This document shows, piece after piece, positions 46,053-57,598 of a DNA stretch of 64,000 bases. The position numbers were made by a program, and so were the translations under genes. The notes beneath the pieces were generated by a model, which saw only the letters and a list, made by a program, of their open reading frames with translations, was not told the DNA's origin and did not search any database. How positions within the stretch are numbered: the stretch's first letter is position 1; every line of letters begins with the position of its first letter. The DNA comes from Halarcobacter sp. (GTDB lineage Bacteria > Campylobacterota > Campylobacteria > Campylobacterales > Arcobacteraceae): the NCBI GenBank assembly GCA_963676565.1, contig OY781089.1, positions 704,001 through 768,000 on the forward strand. Reading direction: 5' to 3'.

Positions 46053-46951
46053 GCTTTTACTTTTCTAAATCTTTTAACTTTTAGTTGAGAAATAAATACC
46101 CCTATTAAAATCAAACCACTTGCTATTAACTCTTTTGATGAAAGTTTTTCCCCTAAAAACAGATAGGCTAACAAAACTGTAAAGATTGGGATTAGATATA
46201 TGAAAACTGCTGCCTTTGATGCTTCTATTTTAGTTAAAGCAAAGTTATATAAACCATAACCACCTAAAGTTACAACTATCCCTAAATAAACTGACCAAGA
46301 TAAGGCTTCAATAGTAAATTGCATATTCGAAGTACTAATCTCATAAATAAAAAAAGGAAAGAAAAAAACTGCTCCAATAAAAACTTGAATTGCTGTTATA
46401 AATAAAGCTGAGTATTTGTTGCTTAAGTATCTAGCTACAATAGTGTAACCTGCTGCACAAATCATGGCACAAAATTCTAAAAAATTTCCTAACATAGGAT
46501 TAGGAGCGCTAAAAGATGTAGTTGCTTGAACACTTAACCAAACAGCTCCAAACATAGCAATTAAAGAACCAAAAATCAGTTTTCTTGTGATAATCTCTTT
46601 TAGGAAAAAGCCTGCAGCCATTGCTGTAATAATAGGCATAAGTGATGTTATCATCCCAGCTTGAGAAGCTGAGGTATATAATAAAGCTTTTGCTTCAAAA
46701 ATAAAATAAAAACAAGGTTCAAATAAAGCTAGTAGAAAAATATACTTTATATCACTTTTAGTGAAATCGTATTTTAAAAAATCTTTTATAAAGTATAAAA
46801 AACATAATGAGGCTGTAACCATTCTTATAAATATAACTGTATATTCACCTAAATCTTGCATTGCAGATTTTAAGGCAATAAAAGAACTAGCCCAAATAAA
46901 CATTGCAAAAACCAATGAAAAGAAACCGATTAGATTAAAATTTTTAGACAA
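46049..46951 (-). CDS. DMT/EamA-family transporter
   Basis: About 10 TM segments, WASSF, two EamA repeats. Confidence 0.9.
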   Translation of the reverse strand: MSKNFNLIGFFSLVFAMFIWASSFIALKSAMQDLGEYTVIFIRMVTASLCFLYFIKDFLKYDFTKSDIKYIFLLALFEPCFYFIFEAKALLYTSASQAGMITSLMPIITAMAAGFFLKEIITRKLIFGSLIAMFGAVWLSVQATTSFSAPNPMLGNFLEFCAMICAAGYTIVARYLSNKYSALFITAIQVFIGAVFFFPFFIYEISTSNMQFTIEALSWSVYLGIVVTLGGYGLYNFALTKIEASKAAVFIYLIPIFTVLLAYLFLGEKLSSKELIASGLILIGVFISQLKVKRFRKVKA

Positions 46952-47099
46952 TTTATTTACTTTTTTTGTGAAATTAAGCGTGGATTATACTCTTTTAAAA
47001 AATAAAGTCAATAAATCACTTTAAAGTATTTTAAGAAAAGATTTAGTATAATTCGTTCCTTTAAAAGCAGAGCACAAAGAGTACACAGGTACTTTTGAT

Positions 47100-47203
47100 G
47101 CTCTTCTTTAGCCCCTTACAATCGTTTTAAGAGACAACGCCCCAGGATGGGAACATAGCAAGGCACCTCTTTCTATGGTGTGTTTGGGTACCTGGAGAAG
47201 AGT
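47100..47203 (+). ncRNA. ffs: Signal recognition particle RNA (4.5S, small bacterial type)
   Basis: Helix-8 motif CAGG-ATG-GGAA-CAT-AGCA; terminal helix GCTCTTCTTTAG/CTGGAGAAGAGT; TATAAT at 47047-47052. Confidence 0.88.
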
Positions 47204-47316
47204 GCTAACAGCACTCTTGCTTACTCAAAATCTATTCAAATATAATAATCAAAACTTTTTTTAATATGTAATTACTTTTTCTAAATTATATAAATGTAGT
47301 ATTTCAAGGAAGAATA

Positions 47317-47341
47317 AAGACCCAAGAATTACTTGAGTCTT
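47317..47341 (-). terminator. Terminator hairpin downstream of hom
   Basis: AAGACCCAAG-aatta-CTTGAGTCTT. Confidence 0.55.
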
Positions 47342-47351
47342 AGATTTTTGT

Positions 47352-48611
47352 TTAGTCTTCTATTCTGATCATAACTGGTTTTGCAGTAACAGCGCCAGCT
47401 TGTTCTATTTTTTCTAAGGCAGCAACTACATCTTTTTCTAATGATGTATGCGTTGCTAATAAAATGTTTGCATAAGTTCTATTAAGTGGCTTTTGAATCA
47501 TCTTTTCAATAGAGATATTCTGCTCACCTAAGATAGTTGCAATTTTAGCTAAAACGCCAGCTTTGTCCTCAACTCTAAGTCTTAGATAATATTTTGTTTG
47601 AATATCATCTTTTGACATTAAAGTTAAATCTTCTGAGTTATCAAGTTCAAACCCTAACATTGGAGAGCCTTTCCCACGTCTTGCAATATCAACAATATTT
47701 GCAATTACAGCAGATGCTGTTGCATCACCACCAGCCCCAGCACCATAATACATAGTTTCTCCAACTTTATCACCAATTACAGAAACTCCATTCATAACAC
47801 CATCAACTTTTGCAATCATTTCATCTTTTGAAATAAATGCAGGATGAACTCTAAGCTCAACTTTTTTATCAATTTTTTTAGCAATTGTTAAAAGCTTGAT
47901 AGTGTAGTTAAACTCATTTGCAAAATCGATATCTTCTGGAGCAATATCTTGGATACCTTCAATCAAAATATCCTCAGGTTTTGCATCAATATCATAGGCA
48001 ATAGATCCAAGAATTAGTAATTTATGTGCAGCATCAAATCCACCAACATCAAATGTTGGATCAGCTTCTGCATAACCTAAGTCTTGTGATTCACTTAAGA
48101 TAGTATCGTAATCAACACCTTCATTAATCATTTTTGTAAGCATATAATTACAAGTACCATTCATGATACCTCTAATTGATTGGATATGGTTTGCTGTTAA
48201 TCCATCCCTTAGGGCATTAATAATTGGAATACCACCAGCAACTGCCGCTTCATATTCAAAAGGAGTATCTCCTGCTAAATCTTGAAGCTCATATCTGTGA
48301 TAAGCCAATAAAGCTTTATTAGCAGTAACAACTGCTTTTCCGTTTGCTAAAGCTTTTTTTACAATTTCATATGGTTTTTCAATCCCACCCATAAGTTCAA
48401 CAATAATATCAATTGAATCATCATTTAACACTGACTCAATATCATCTGTTAGTTTAATTGTTACATCTCTTTTTTTATCTAGATTATTTACTACACCAAT
48501 TACTGGTTCTATTTCACAACCTGATCTTTCTGTAATAATATCTTTATTATCTCTTAAAATATTAGCAACAGATGCACCAACAGTACCAACTCCAATAATT
48601 CCTACTTTCAT
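47352..48611 (-). CDS. hom: Homoserine dehydrogenase
   Basis: GVGTVG, VVTANKA, EAAVAGGIP, GYAEADP, C-terminal ACT domain. Confidence 0.96.
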   Translation of the reverse strand: MKVGIIGVGTVGASVANILRDNKDIITERSGCEIEPVIGVVNNLDKKRDVTIKLTDDIESVLNDDSIDIIVELMGGIEKPYEIVKKALANGKAVVTANKALLAYHRYELQDLAGDTPFEYEAAVAGGIPIINALRDGLTANHIQSIRGIMNGTCNYMLTKMINEGVDYDTILSESQDLGYAEADPTFDVGGFDAAHKLLILGSIAYDIDAKPEDILIEGIQDIAPEDIDFANEFNYTIKLLTIAKKIDKKVELRVHPAFISKDEMIAKVDGVMNGVSVIGDKVGETMYYGAGAGGDATASAVIANIVDIARRGKGSPMLGFELDNSEDLTLMSKDDIQTKYYLRLRVEDKAGVLAKIATILGEQNISIEKMIQKPLNRTYANILLATHTSLEKDVVAALEKIEQAGAVTAKPVMIRIED

Positions 48612-48620
48612 ATACTTATC

Positions 48621-49829
48621 CTATAAACTACTTAAATATCTTTTTATATTTTTTGCTGCTTGTCTAATTCTTTTTTCATTTTCAATTAGGGCAATTCTTA
48701 CATATTGGTCACCATAATGACCAAATCCAATACCTGGACTTACTGCAACTTTTGCTTCAGTTAGAAGTTGTTTTGAAAACTCCATACTTCCAAGGTGCTG
48801 AGCTTTTTCTGGAATTTTAGCCCAAATAAACATAGAAGCATTTGGAACATCCATATCCCAACCAGCCTCTTTGAATACTTCAACCATTACATCTCTTCTT
48901 TTTCTATATTTTTCAATATGCTCTTCAACACATTCTTGTGGTCCATCTAAAGCTACAGTTGCAGCAACTTGAATAGGTGTAAACATCCCATAATCAAGCC
49001 ATGATTTAATTCTTTTTAATGCACCAATTAGTTTTTCATTTCCAACCATAAAACCAACTCTCCATCCTGCCATATTATATGACTTAGATAAAGTAAATGA
49101 TTCAACAGCTACATCAAGTGCACCTTTGGCTTGGAAAATTGATGGTGTTTTATATCCATCAAATGTAATATCTGCATATGCAATATCAGAGATGATATAA
49201 AATCTTTCTTGTTTTGCTAAATCAACTAATCTTTGGTAAAACTCTGGTGTAACCGTTGCACAACTTGGGTTGTGTGGAAAGTTAACTAAAACATATTTTA
49301 CTTTTGGAATAGATTCTTTTAATGTTTTATTTAACCTTTCAAAGAATAGATCTTCATCAACTCTAAAATCTCTTCCAAATGGTAACTCAAAGTTATGAAT
49401 ACCCGCACCAGCAAGCATAAATGCATATGAGTGGATTGGATAAGTTGGATCTGGAACAACTGCCACATCACCAACATTTACAATTGCTTGAACAAGGTGA
49501 ACATATCCCTCTTTACTCCCCATTGTTGCAACAGCATGTTTGTTTGGATCTAATCCTTCAACTCCATATTTTCTTTTATACCAATTACAAATTGCAAGTC
49601 TTAATTTATAAATCCCCGCACTTGCACTATACCCATGATTTTTTGGTTTATCAGCAGTCTCTTTTAGTTTATCTGTGATATGTTGTGGTGCTGGACCATC
49701 TGGGTTCCCCATTGAAAAGTCAATGATATCCTCACCGGCTCTTCTTGCTTCCATTTTTATATTATTAACTTCTGCAAACACATAGTTTGGAAGTCTTTTC
49801 ATTCGCTCAAATTCAATTTCTGGAAACAT
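48621..49829 (-). CDS. Class I/II PLP aminotransferase (AlaC/LL-DAP aminotransferase-like)
   Basis: SMGNPD, DIAYAD, TLSKSYNMAGWRVG; RBS supports a start at MFPEI. Confidence 0.9.
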   Translation of the reverse strand: MFPEIEFERMKRLPNYVFAEVNNIKMEARRAGEDIIDFSMGNPDGPAPQHITDKLKETADKPKNHGYSASAGIYKLRLAICNWYKRKYGVEGLDPNKHAVATMGSKEGYVHLVQAIVNVGDVAVVPDPTYPIHSYAFMLAGAGIHNFELPFGRDFRVDEDLFFERLNKTLKESIPKVKYVLVNFPHNPSCATVTPEFYQRLVDLAKQERFYIISDIAYADITFDGYKTPSIFQAKGALDVAVESFTLSKSYNMAGWRVGFMVGNEKLIGALKRIKSWLDYGMFTPIQVAATVALDGPQECVEEHIEKYRKRRDVMVEVFKEAGWDMDVPNASMFIWAKIPEKAQHLGSMEFSKQLLTEAKVAVSPGIGFGHYGDQYVRIALIENEKRIRQAAKNIKRYLSSL

Positions 49830-49841
49830 TAATTTCACTCC

Positions 49842-50672
49842 TTATTTAATCATTACACTTAATCCACGCTTTATATTTTCAAGCGTGTATATATCATCTA
49901 TTTTTACATATTTTGTATCTTCTGGAATAGCTAGTTTTATAGATCTTGATTTTTTATCATCTTTAACTATTTCCAAGATATTTAAATCTTTATCGTAAAA
50001 CACTATATTCGGAAACCATTGATTACCTGGTTTTGATAAAACAATTAAGTCACTTGCTTCTTCAAAATTTATGAAATAAGGTTTCAATGGCTTTCTTAAA
50101 TCAACTTTTTCCCCTACTATAAGCTTTTGAGATTTTGCTAAAGTTGAATTGGACGTATCAATTACATACGACCACTTAGTATACCCCTCTTTTTTGATAT
50201 CAATAAATTTGCAATTACTTTGTGCTAATTCGATTGATAGCATTAGAGGGTCGATGGCGGCTTCTGTTTTTAGATTTATAATCCAAGTAGCGGTTCTATC
50301 TTCATTATAAACTAAACTTTTCGTAAAATAGTGATAATAGCCTAATCTTTTCAATGAATCAGAAATGATTTTCATAGATTTTATTGGCGCATTTGAAATC
50401 TTAAAACTAATAGTAATATTTTCTGGTGCATCTAATGAAACTGTCAATAATCCATTGTCTTTTAATCTTTGCATAACTGCTGGATAGTTTAAAGATTCAT
50501 TTTGATAATAAGCAGATTTATCTTGAAAAATATAATTTATTAAACTTAAATTTTCATTGAATGTATCGTACCCAATGATATTTGCAATTTTTTCATTGAA
50601 AGTTGCCCCATTTAACAATACAGAACAAAAAATAAAAATAAATGATAATTTTTTCAAAATATTTTTCAACAT
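49842..50672 (-). CDS. Hypothetical exported protein
   Basis: Signal-like N-terminus; in operon between rlmB and the aminotransferase. Confidence 0.7.
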   Translation of the reverse strand: MLKNILKKLSFIFIFCSVLLNGATFNEKIANIIGYDTFNENLSLINYIFQDKSAYYQNESLNYPAVMQRLKDNGLLTVSLDAPENITISFKISNAPIKSMKIISDSLKRLGYYHYFTKSLVYNEDRTATWIINLKTEAAIDPLMLSIELAQSNCKFIDIKKEGYTKWSYVIDTSNSTLAKSQKLIVGEKVDLRKPLKPYFINFEEASDLIVLSKPGNQWFPNIVFYDKDLNILEIVKDDKKSRSIKLAIPEDTKYVKIDDIYTLENIKRGLSVMIK

Positions 50673-50682
50673 AGTTTCTCTC

Positions 50683-51366
50683 TTATTTTTTTAAATTATA
50701 AATTAAAATTCCACCTGCAACAGAAACGTTTAAAGAATCAAAATCATTAAACATTTTAATTGAAACTGTTTTATCAAGTTTTTTAATAATTTTATTTGAT
50801 AATCCAGCACCTTCACTCCCTAAAAGTAAAGCTGTTTTTTCATTTGTGTTATCAAACTCTTTTAAATCTACTCCATCCATCGCTGCACCAAATAGTTTAA
50901 AATCTTGTTGTTTTAATTCGTTTGCCACATCAAGAATATTTGGTACTTGGCAAAAAGGGATATCAAATAAAGCTCCACTACTAGTTCTTGCTATCCCTTC
51001 ATAGTTTAGCTGTTTAACATTACTTGCAATAATTGCATCAACCCCTAAAGAGTATGCAGTTCTGCAAATAGCTCCAATATTCCCTACATCAGTTAATCCA
51101 TCTAATACAACAATAAAACTTGAGTCTTTCAAATCTTTTAAAGCTACTGTTTCATATTGACTAAGTTTTAGAAAAAATCCTTGGTGATTTCCACCTTTTG
51201 CCAAACTTTGTGCTTTTTTGTTATCAAGTTTTATGATTTTTTTGTTTAGACTTGTAAACTTTTTAAAAAGTTTTGGTTCAATCTCTTTTGAGAACATAAC
51301 CTCTTCAATAAGGTTTGGATGTCTCTCTAGTACATAAAGTACTACTTGTTTCCCATATATAATCAT
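50683..51366 (-). CDS. rlmB: 23S rRNA (G2251-2'-O)-methyltransferase
   Basis: NHQG, NIGAICRTA, GSEGAG, SLNVSVA SPOUT motifs. Confidence 0.9.
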   Translation of the reverse strand: MIIYGKQVVLYVLERHPNLIEEVMFSKEIEPKLFKKFTSLNKKIIKLDNKKAQSLAKGGNHQGFFLKLSQYETVALKDLKDSSFIVVLDGLTDVGNIGAICRTAYSLGVDAIIASNVKQLNYEGIARTSSGALFDIPFCQVPNILDVANELKQQDFKLFGAAMDGVDLKEFDNTNEKTALLLGSEGAGLSNKIIKKLDKTVSIKMFNDFDSLNVSVAGGILIYNLKK

Positions 51367-51500
51367 GGCAAGATTTTATCTAAAAATTGTTGATAAACTA
51401 CTTTTGAAGATAAATAATATTTTTTTCTATAAAAAAAGATACACTCATGCTATAGTTTTTTGTTATACTATAGAAAATAATATTTAGTAAGAGGCAAAGT

Positions 51501-53477
51501 ATGAATAACAATTTGGAATATATAAAAACAGTAAATACTACGGAATCTCAACTTGATGGAACACTAGCAAAGGGGCTGTATTTTGGTGAAGATGCCCCTG
51601 CTTTTATTTTGGGATATATCTCTCCACATATAAACTTTAATAGCGTTGCGCAAAAGGTGAAATCTTTATTTCCTAGTGAAACAAAAGTTATTTTGATTAC
51701 AACAGCAGGAGAATTATGTTCTTTCAATATTGATGAAAAAAGAGGAATGCTATATAACGATGCAAGTTCAACTTGGGAAAATATTGTATTACAATCTTTT
51801 TCATCATCTATGGTTGAATCAGTTGAAGTTTTATCTATTCCATTATTTAGTGAGGATATGAGTCCCCAAAGTATGGATCACTCACAAAGAGTTGATAGAA
51901 TTACACAAGAGATAAAAAGACAAAATATAAATACGAAAATACACCATGAAAATACTTTCGCTCTTACTTTAGTGGATGGGCTTTCAAGCTCTGAGAGTTT
52001 CTTTACAGAAGCAGTTTATAAAAGTGGAAAACTTCCATGTTTAATTATTGGTGGAAGTGCTGGTGGAAAACTAGATTTTAAAGAAACTTACATTTATGAT
52101 AATTCTCAAGCAGTAAGACATAAAGCGGTTGTTTGCTTAGTAAAATTAAAACAGGGATATAGATATGGTGTTTTAAAATCACAAAGTGTTGAGGAAACAA
52201 ATGTCTCTTATTTAGTTGCTGATGCTGATGTTTTAAAAAGAACAGTTTATAGTGTTTTAAATGAATCAACAAACGAGGTAGTAAATTTCTTAGATATGTT
52301 AAGTTATCAACTAAACTGTACAATTGATGAGCTACCAACTGTATTAGGGGATTATACCTTTGGGATTAAAGTTGGTGGAGACATCTATATTAGGTCAGTT
52401 GCAAATGTTGATGTGGAAAATAAATGTATCTCATTTTTCTGTGATATTGCTTTTGGTGACGTTTTATATCTTGTTAGAAATAAAGATTTTGTTTCTCAAA
52501 CAGAAGAAGATTATAGAAGATTTTCATCTCAAAAAAGAGTCGCACCTTTAGGTGCCATGTTTAATGACTGTATTTTAAGAAGACTTTTAAATCAACAAAG
52601 ACTAGGTGCCTTACAAACATTTAATGACTTCCCTGTTGCTGGTTTTTCAACATTTGGAGAGTTATTAGGGGTAAATATTAATCAAACCTTGACAGCATTA
52701 TTTTTCTATAAAGTTGAAAATGAAGATGATTTCAAAGATGATTTCGTAGATAGTTTTGTTCAAAAATATGCGCAATATTCTGCTTATTATGAGAAAAGAG
52801 AAATTTATCAACTTCAACTAATGGCAAAAGTAAGACGTGCAATTATTGAAAAACTAAAAGAGGCTTTCCCTCTTATTCAAGATATGGTTTCTATTATCAA
52901 TGATGTTTATGATAATACGCAAAAAGCGAATAAGATTATTGATGAACTTAATAACAAATTTGAAGTATTTACAAAAGATATTATGACAAATGTTGATACA
53001 AATACAAAACTTGTGTCAAATATGGAAAATCTTACATCAAATGCAGATGAGATTAAAAAAGTTCTTTCATCTATTTCAGATATTGCAATTCAAACAAACC
53101 TTTTAGCACTAAATGCAGCTATTGAAGCAAGTAGGGCAGGTGAATATGGAAAAGGGTTTAAAGTTGTTGCCGATGAAGTTAAAAAGTTAGCAAAAAGAAC
53201 ACAAGATGGGTTAAAATCAAGTAATGATTCTGTTGATGTAACTGTAACAGCAGTTAAAGATACAGCAGGAATGATAAATAGTGCAAGTAGTTCTTTGAAA
53301 TCAATTTCTGAAAATACAGAAGTTATAAACGAATCATTCAATAACATAAAAGATAGTACTAGAACAACAAATAGTTTTATTGCTGACAAAAAAGATAAAT
53401 TTGAAAGATTATCTCAAAGTATTAATAGAATTGAACAGATTCAAAATAGTTTAGAGCAGTTAGAAAGACATATGTAA
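51501..53477 (+). CDS. Soluble chemoreceptor with FIST-N/FIST-C domains and an MCP signalling domain
   Basis: [57 protein letters not shown]. Confidence 0.9.
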   Translation: MNNNLEYIKTVNTTESQLDGTLAKGLYFGEDAPAFILGYISPHINFNSVAQKVKSLFPSETKVILITTAGELCSFNIDEKRGMLYNDASSTWENIVLQSFSSSMVESVEVLSIPLFSEDMSPQSMDHSQRVDRITQEIKRQNINTKIHHENTFALTLVDGLSSSESFFTEAVYKSGKLPCLIIGGSAGGKLDFKETYIYDNSQAVRHKAVVCLVKLKQGYRYGVLKSQSVEETNVSYLVADADVLKRTVYSVLNESTNEVVNFLDMLSYQLNCTIDELPTVLGDYTFGIKVGGDIYIRSVANVDVENKCISFFCDIAFGDVLYLVRNKDFVSQTEEDYRRFSSQKRVAPLGAMFNDCILRRLLNQQRLGALQTFNDFPVAGFSTFGELLGVNINQTLTALFFYKVENEDDFKDDFVDSFVQKYAQYSAYYEKREIYQLQLMAKVRRAIIEKLKEAFPLIQDMVSIINDVYDNTQKANKIIDELNNKFEVFTKDIMTNVDTNTKLVSNMENLTSNADEIKKVLSSISDIAIQTNLLALNAAIEASRAGEYGKGFKVVADEVKKLAKRTQDGLKSSNDSVDVTVTAVKDTAGMINSASSSLKSISENTEVINESFNNIKDSTRTTNSFIADKKDKFERLSQSINRIEQIQNSLEQLERHM

Positions 53478-53483
53478 GAAGAT

Positions 53484-54299
53484 TTAATCTTCTTGCATCA
53501 GCTCATTATAAATCTCTTTAACATTTTTCCCTGTCATTTTAGCAAGTAGTTTTGCTTTTGCTTTTGGCGCGATATCTAGGGATTTTATATCATCTAAATC
53601 TAGGGTTTGACCTTTGAACTCAACGGGCTGAATTACAATTACCCATTCCCCTTTTATGTTTTCATCTTTAAATTTCTCAAATAGATTTTTTGCGCAATCT
53701 TTAAAAGTTTTTTGATGAAGTTTTGTTAGCTCTTTTGCTAAAAAAACAGTTCTTTCTTCATCTATATTAGAAATCTCTTCAAGTGTTTTTAAAAGTCTAT
53801 GGGGTGATTCATATAAAATAGATAAAATTGAACTTTGCATAACTTGAGTAAGTTTTTCTTTTCTTTCTTTCCCTTTGTGGGCTAAAAAACCAAAAAACGT
53901 AAACTCTGTATGTTCAAAACCACTCATAGCAAAGGCTGTTAAAACTGCATTTGCTCCAGGAAGGACATCATAATCTAAGTCATTGTCAATGGCATATTGA
54001 ACCAATGAAGCACCTGGGTCACTAACACAAGGCATCCCTGCATCACTAACATAAACAATATTTTTTTCAAATGTTTCAGGAGTTAAAGTTTTTAATACTT
54101 GATTTTCGTTGTGTGAATGAAAAGATTTAAATTCACTACATTTAAAAGTTATATTTTCTCTTTGAGATATTAGGTTTAGAAGTTTTTTTGTGACTCTTGT
54201 ATCTTCACAAAAAATCAGTTCCGCTTCCAAAAGGGCATTTATTGAACGCTTAGAGATGTCCTCTAAATTTCCTATTGGAGTTGGAACTAATGTTAACAC
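53484..54299 (-). CDS. rsmI: 16S rRNA (C1402-2'-O)-methyltransferase
   Basis: PTPIGNLEDIS, CEDTR, SDAGMPCVSDPG, YESPHR. Confidence 0.95.
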   Translation of the reverse strand: MLTLVPTPIGNLEDISKRSINALLEAELIFCEDTRVTKKLLNLISQRENITFKCSEFKSFHSHNENQVLKTLTPETFEKNIVYVSDAGMPCVSDPGASLVQYAIDNDLDYDVLPGANAVLTAFAMSGFEHTEFTFFGFLAHKGKERKEKLTQVMQSSILSILYESPHRLLKTLEEISNIDEERTVFLAKELTKLHQKTFKDCAKNLFEKFKDENIKGEWVIVIQPVEFKGQTLDLDDIKSLDIAPKAKAKLLAKMTGKNVKEIYNELMQED

Positions 54300-54311
54300 G
54301 CTATTTTATAA

Positions 54312-54512
54312 TTATTTTTTAGCGTATTTAGCTTTGAATTTCTCAACTCTACCAGCAGCATCAACAATTTTTTGCTCACCAGTAAAGAATGGGTGACAAG
54401 CAGAACAAATATCGATTCTCATAGATTCAACATTAGACTTAGTCACAAATGAGTTTCCACAAGCACAAGTTACAGTACACTCTTTGTAATCTGGATGAAT
54501 GTCTTTTTTCAC
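54312..54512 (-). CDS. rpmE: 50S ribosomal protein L31 (Zn-binding type)
   Basis: [27 protein letters not shown]. Confidence 0.97.
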   Translation of the reverse strand: MKKDIHPDYKECTVTCACGNSFVTKSNVESMRIDICSACHPFFTGEQKIVDAAGRVEKFKAKYAKK

Positions 54513-54595
54513 TTGGTTTTCCTTACTTTGATTAATGCCTAAAAAAAGATCGAATCTCTTGTCGTCCTTTAATAAGCTCTTTAAATGGATTGGGA

Positions 54596-55471
54596 TTATA
54601 TCGAAAAATACTTAATAATATCTGAATTTAAGTTCTCTATAATATTTGAAGTTTTATCTTTGAATTGCCCTCTATTGAAAGTGTTTTGTCTTTTTGCTAA
54701 TTTTGCAGTATTTTGTGCAATCTTCTCTTCGAGTTGCTTTTTATCCAGTTTTCCATCAAGATATTGCAAGGTTTCAACAATACCAATTGAAGCCATACAG
54801 TTTGGTTCTCTTCTGTATTTTTTTTCTAAAAAGATTACTTCATCGATAATGCCATCTTTTATCATTTGTGAAGTTCGTAGGTTAATTCTTTCTCTAAGTT
54901 TCTCTCTATCCCATAAAATTTCAAAGATTTTTAAATCCTTTGCAATAGGTTCTTTTTTGTTTAGTTCAAAATATTTTGATGGAGCCATATTACTTTGCTT
55001 GTAAATAGAGAAGGCTTTTCTTACTCTATAGGTATCATTTTTTGCAATTTTCCCCATATAGATTTTATCTAGTTCATACAAAAAATCATAGGTTTCTTCT
55101 AAACTCATCTCAAGGTCGTGTTCTTTTTCAATCCCCGTTGACAAACCTTCAGTTAAAGCTTTTAAATAAAAACCTGTACCCCCAACAATAATAAGATTTT
55201 TGCCATTTTCTTTGGCATAAGTTTTAGCTTTTTTGTACTCATCAAAAAACTGTATAACATCAAATTTTTCATTTGGATAAAGTACATCAATCCCAAAATG
55301 AACTATATCCCCACGCTCTTCTTTTGTAGGTTTTGCAGAAGCAATATCTATCTCTTTGTATACTGATAATGAATCAAGTGACAAAATAATAGAGTTTGTC
55401 TTTTGTGCTATATCTATTGATAGTCCAGTTTTTCCTGAGGCTGTTGAGCCAATAATTGCAATCTCTTTCAT
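54596..55471 (-). CDS. miaA: tRNA dimethylallyltransferase
   Basis: [29 protein letters not shown]; start moved to MKEIAII. Confidence 0.95.
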   Translation of the reverse strand: MKEIAIIGSTASGKTGLSIDIAQKTNSIILSLDSLSVYKEIDIASAKPTKEERGDIVHFGIDVLYPNEKFDVIQFFDEYKKAKTYAKENGKNLIIVGGTGFYLKALTEGLSTGIEKEHDLEMSLEETYDFLYELDKIYMGKIAKNDTYRVRKAFSIYKQSNMAPSKYFELNKKEPIAKDLKIFEILWDREKLRERINLRTSQMIKDGIIDEVIFLEKKYRREPNCMASIGIVETLQYLDGKLDKKQLEEKIAQNTAKLAKRQNTFNRGQFKDKTSNIIENLNSDIIKYFSI

Positions 55472-55525
55472 AAAAGTGATTGTAGCAAAACAATTGTAAA
55501 TATCTTTTTTGATATACTTCATTCC

Positions 55526-56395
55526 ATGAAAAAAATTACTACTATATTAAATGATTTTAATGAACTTGTTATGTTCAAACACTCAATATTTTCTTTACCA
55601 TTTATATTTATAGCGATGCTTGTAGCATCTGTTGAAGTAAATGGCTCACCATGGTTTGGTTTCAAACTTTTAATTTTGGGAATCTTAGCTGCAATTACAG
55701 CTAGAAATTTTGCCATGGGGTTTAATAGATATATGGATAGAGATATTGATGCCTTAAATCCAAGAACTATCAACAGACCAAACGTAGATGGGAGAGTATC
55801 TGCAACACAGATGTTAGTTTTTGTAATAGCAAATGCCCTTGGGTTTATCATTGTTGCTTATTTTGTAAATGATTTAGCTTTTTATTTATCTGTTCCAATT
55901 TTATTTGTGATTGGTTCATATTCTTATTTTAAGAGATTTTCCTATTTAGCCCATGTAATACTTGGTATTTCTCTGGCTCTTGCTCCTATTGCTGGGGTAG
56001 TTGCTGTTAGTGAAACTATTACTTTATGGTCGATTTTACTTAGTATTGGGGTTATGTTTTGGGTTGCTGGTTTTGATTTACTTTATTCTCTACAAGATAT
56101 TGAAGTGGACAAAGAGTTAGGACTTCACTCAATTCCAAGTAAATTTGGACCACAAAAAACAATGCTAATCTCTAAGGTGTTTCATTCCTTGACAGTATTA
56201 TTTTGGCTTTTATTTGCAATAACTTCAAATAGTGGAATATTTGCTTATATTGCTGTGATAATTAGTGCAGTGATGTTGACTTATGAACACTACTTAGTAA
56301 ATAAAGACTTCACAAAAATTGATAAAGCCTTTTTTACAGTAAATGGATACCTTGGTATTGTATTTTTCTTTTTAATATTAATTGACTCATTTTGA
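55526..56395 (+). CDS. mqnP: UbiA-family prenyltransferase (futalosine-pathway MqnP-like)
   Basis: FNRYMDRDIDALNPRT, YSYFKRF, GFDLLYSLQD. Confidence 0.78.
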   Translation: MKKITTILNDFNELVMFKHSIFSLPFIFIAMLVASVEVNGSPWFGFKLLILGILAAITARNFAMGFNRYMDRDIDALNPRTINRPNVDGRVSATQMLVFVIANALGFIIVAYFVNDLAFYLSVPILFVIGSYSYFKRFSYLAHVILGISLALAPIAGVVAVSETITLWSILLSIGVMFWVAGFDLLYSLQDIEVDKELGLHSIPSKFGPQKTMLISKVFHSLTVLFWLLFAITSNSGIFAYIAVIISAVMLTYEHYLVNKDFTKIDKAFFTVNGYLGIVFFFLILIDSF

Positions 56396-56485
56396 GACTA
56401 TTTTAATACCAGTATTAAATAATACTTAATTAAATATTTAGATAATTTCTAGTAAGATTTTTTTATATTGGGGTGGGGACTACAT

Positions 56486-57295
56486 ATGAGCGATAAATTA
56501 AAACGAGTCACATACATGACTGTAAAAAACTTAAAAAATGAAGACATAATTTTACCTGGGAAATACTCAAGCACTTTTGAAAGCTTTGCAAGAGGTCTTG
56601 AACTAGATGTTAAAGATGAAAATGTCGTATTAAAAGAATTAAATAATGATTCTAACTATGTAAATAATATCGTTAAGAAAACAAACAAAAATTTAGATAA
56701 TTTTTATAAATCGACAACTGATGCTCAAATTGCTATTAAAAATAATGATAAAGATTCATTAGAAAAAATCAATTCAGAAATAGCTCAAATGAGAAATGAG
56801 ATTAACTCTTTGCAAAAACAACTTTTTTCTGATCCATTAACAGGTGCATACAATAGAAAATGGTTTGCTGATGAATACTTAAATGATGATATTTTTAAAC
56901 ATGATGGTTTTATAGCATTTTTAGATTTGAATAAATTTAAGGCTATAAACGATACTTATGGACATATTGTAGGTGACCAAGTATTAAAGTATCTTGTTAG
57001 ATTTTTAAAAAAAGAGTTACAAAAACCAGGTGTTGATATCGTAAGATACGCAGGTGATGAGTTTATAGTTTTATTTAATAAAGAAAAAGCAACAGTTTTA
57101 AATGTAGATAGAACTATCTCTGAAACCCAAGAAAAGCTTTCAAGGCAAAAACTAAAATCTGCAAAAATAGATGAACTTCAGTTCTCTTTTTCTTTTGGGA
57201 TTAGCCCTTTTAGAAAAGGAGATTTTGTGGAAGATATTCTTAATACTGTAGATGAACTTATGTATAAAAATAAACAGAAAAGTAGACAAATCTAA
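56486..57295 (+). CDS. Cytoplasmic GGDEF-domain protein
   Basis: DPLTGAYNR, FKAINDTYGH, RYAGDEF. Confidence 0.88.
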   Translation: MSDKLKRVTYMTVKNLKNEDIILPGKYSSTFESFARGLELDVKDENVVLKELNNDSNYVNNIVKKTNKNLDNFYKSTTDAQIAIKNNDKDSLEKINSEIAQMRNEINSLQKQLFSDPLTGAYNRKWFADEYLNDDIFKHDGFIAFLDLNKFKAINDTYGHIVGDQVLKYLVRFLKKELQKPGVDIVRYAGDEFIVLFNKEKATVLNVDRTISETQEKLSRQKLKSAKIDELQFSFSFGISPFRKGDFVEDILNTVDELMYKNKQKSRQI

Positions 57296-57388
57296 AACTC
57301 TCTAAAGCCTACATGAGAGTGTTTTCAGAGATTTTTAAACAAAATAAATGTATTATTCGCTTCCAATCAGTGTGAAACTGATAAAAGC

Positions 57389-57465
57389 GCGTCTGTGGCT
57401 CAACTGGATAGAGCACTGGGTTTCGGCCCCGGCGGTTGTGAGTTCGAATCTTACCAGGCGTGCCA
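57389..57465 (+). tRNA. tRNA-Arg(TCG)
   Basis: 77 nt cloverleaf: acceptor GCGTCTG/CAGGCGT, anticodon loop TTTCGGC, TTCGAAT, encoded CCA. Confidence 0.95.
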
Positions 57466-57470
57466 TCTAG

Positions 57471-57518
57471 AAGCTCGATATAATGGACTCTATAGAGTTT
57501 TTATATCGGGCTTTTTTT
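57471..57518 (+). terminator. Terminator after the tRNA
   Basis: AAGCTCGATATAA...TTATATCGGGCTT plus T-run. Confidence 0.75.
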
Positions 57519-57598
57519 ATTTCCGAAAATATGAGTTCTCAATTATTCTTATATAATCTATTTAGTATTTTTATTTGTTACAGTGATTTTTTTAATTA

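Noticed and set aside
47060..47220. 6S RNA or riboswitch
   Set aside because: The CAGG-NNN-GGAA-NNN-AGCA helix and ~100 nt rod fit SRP RNA better
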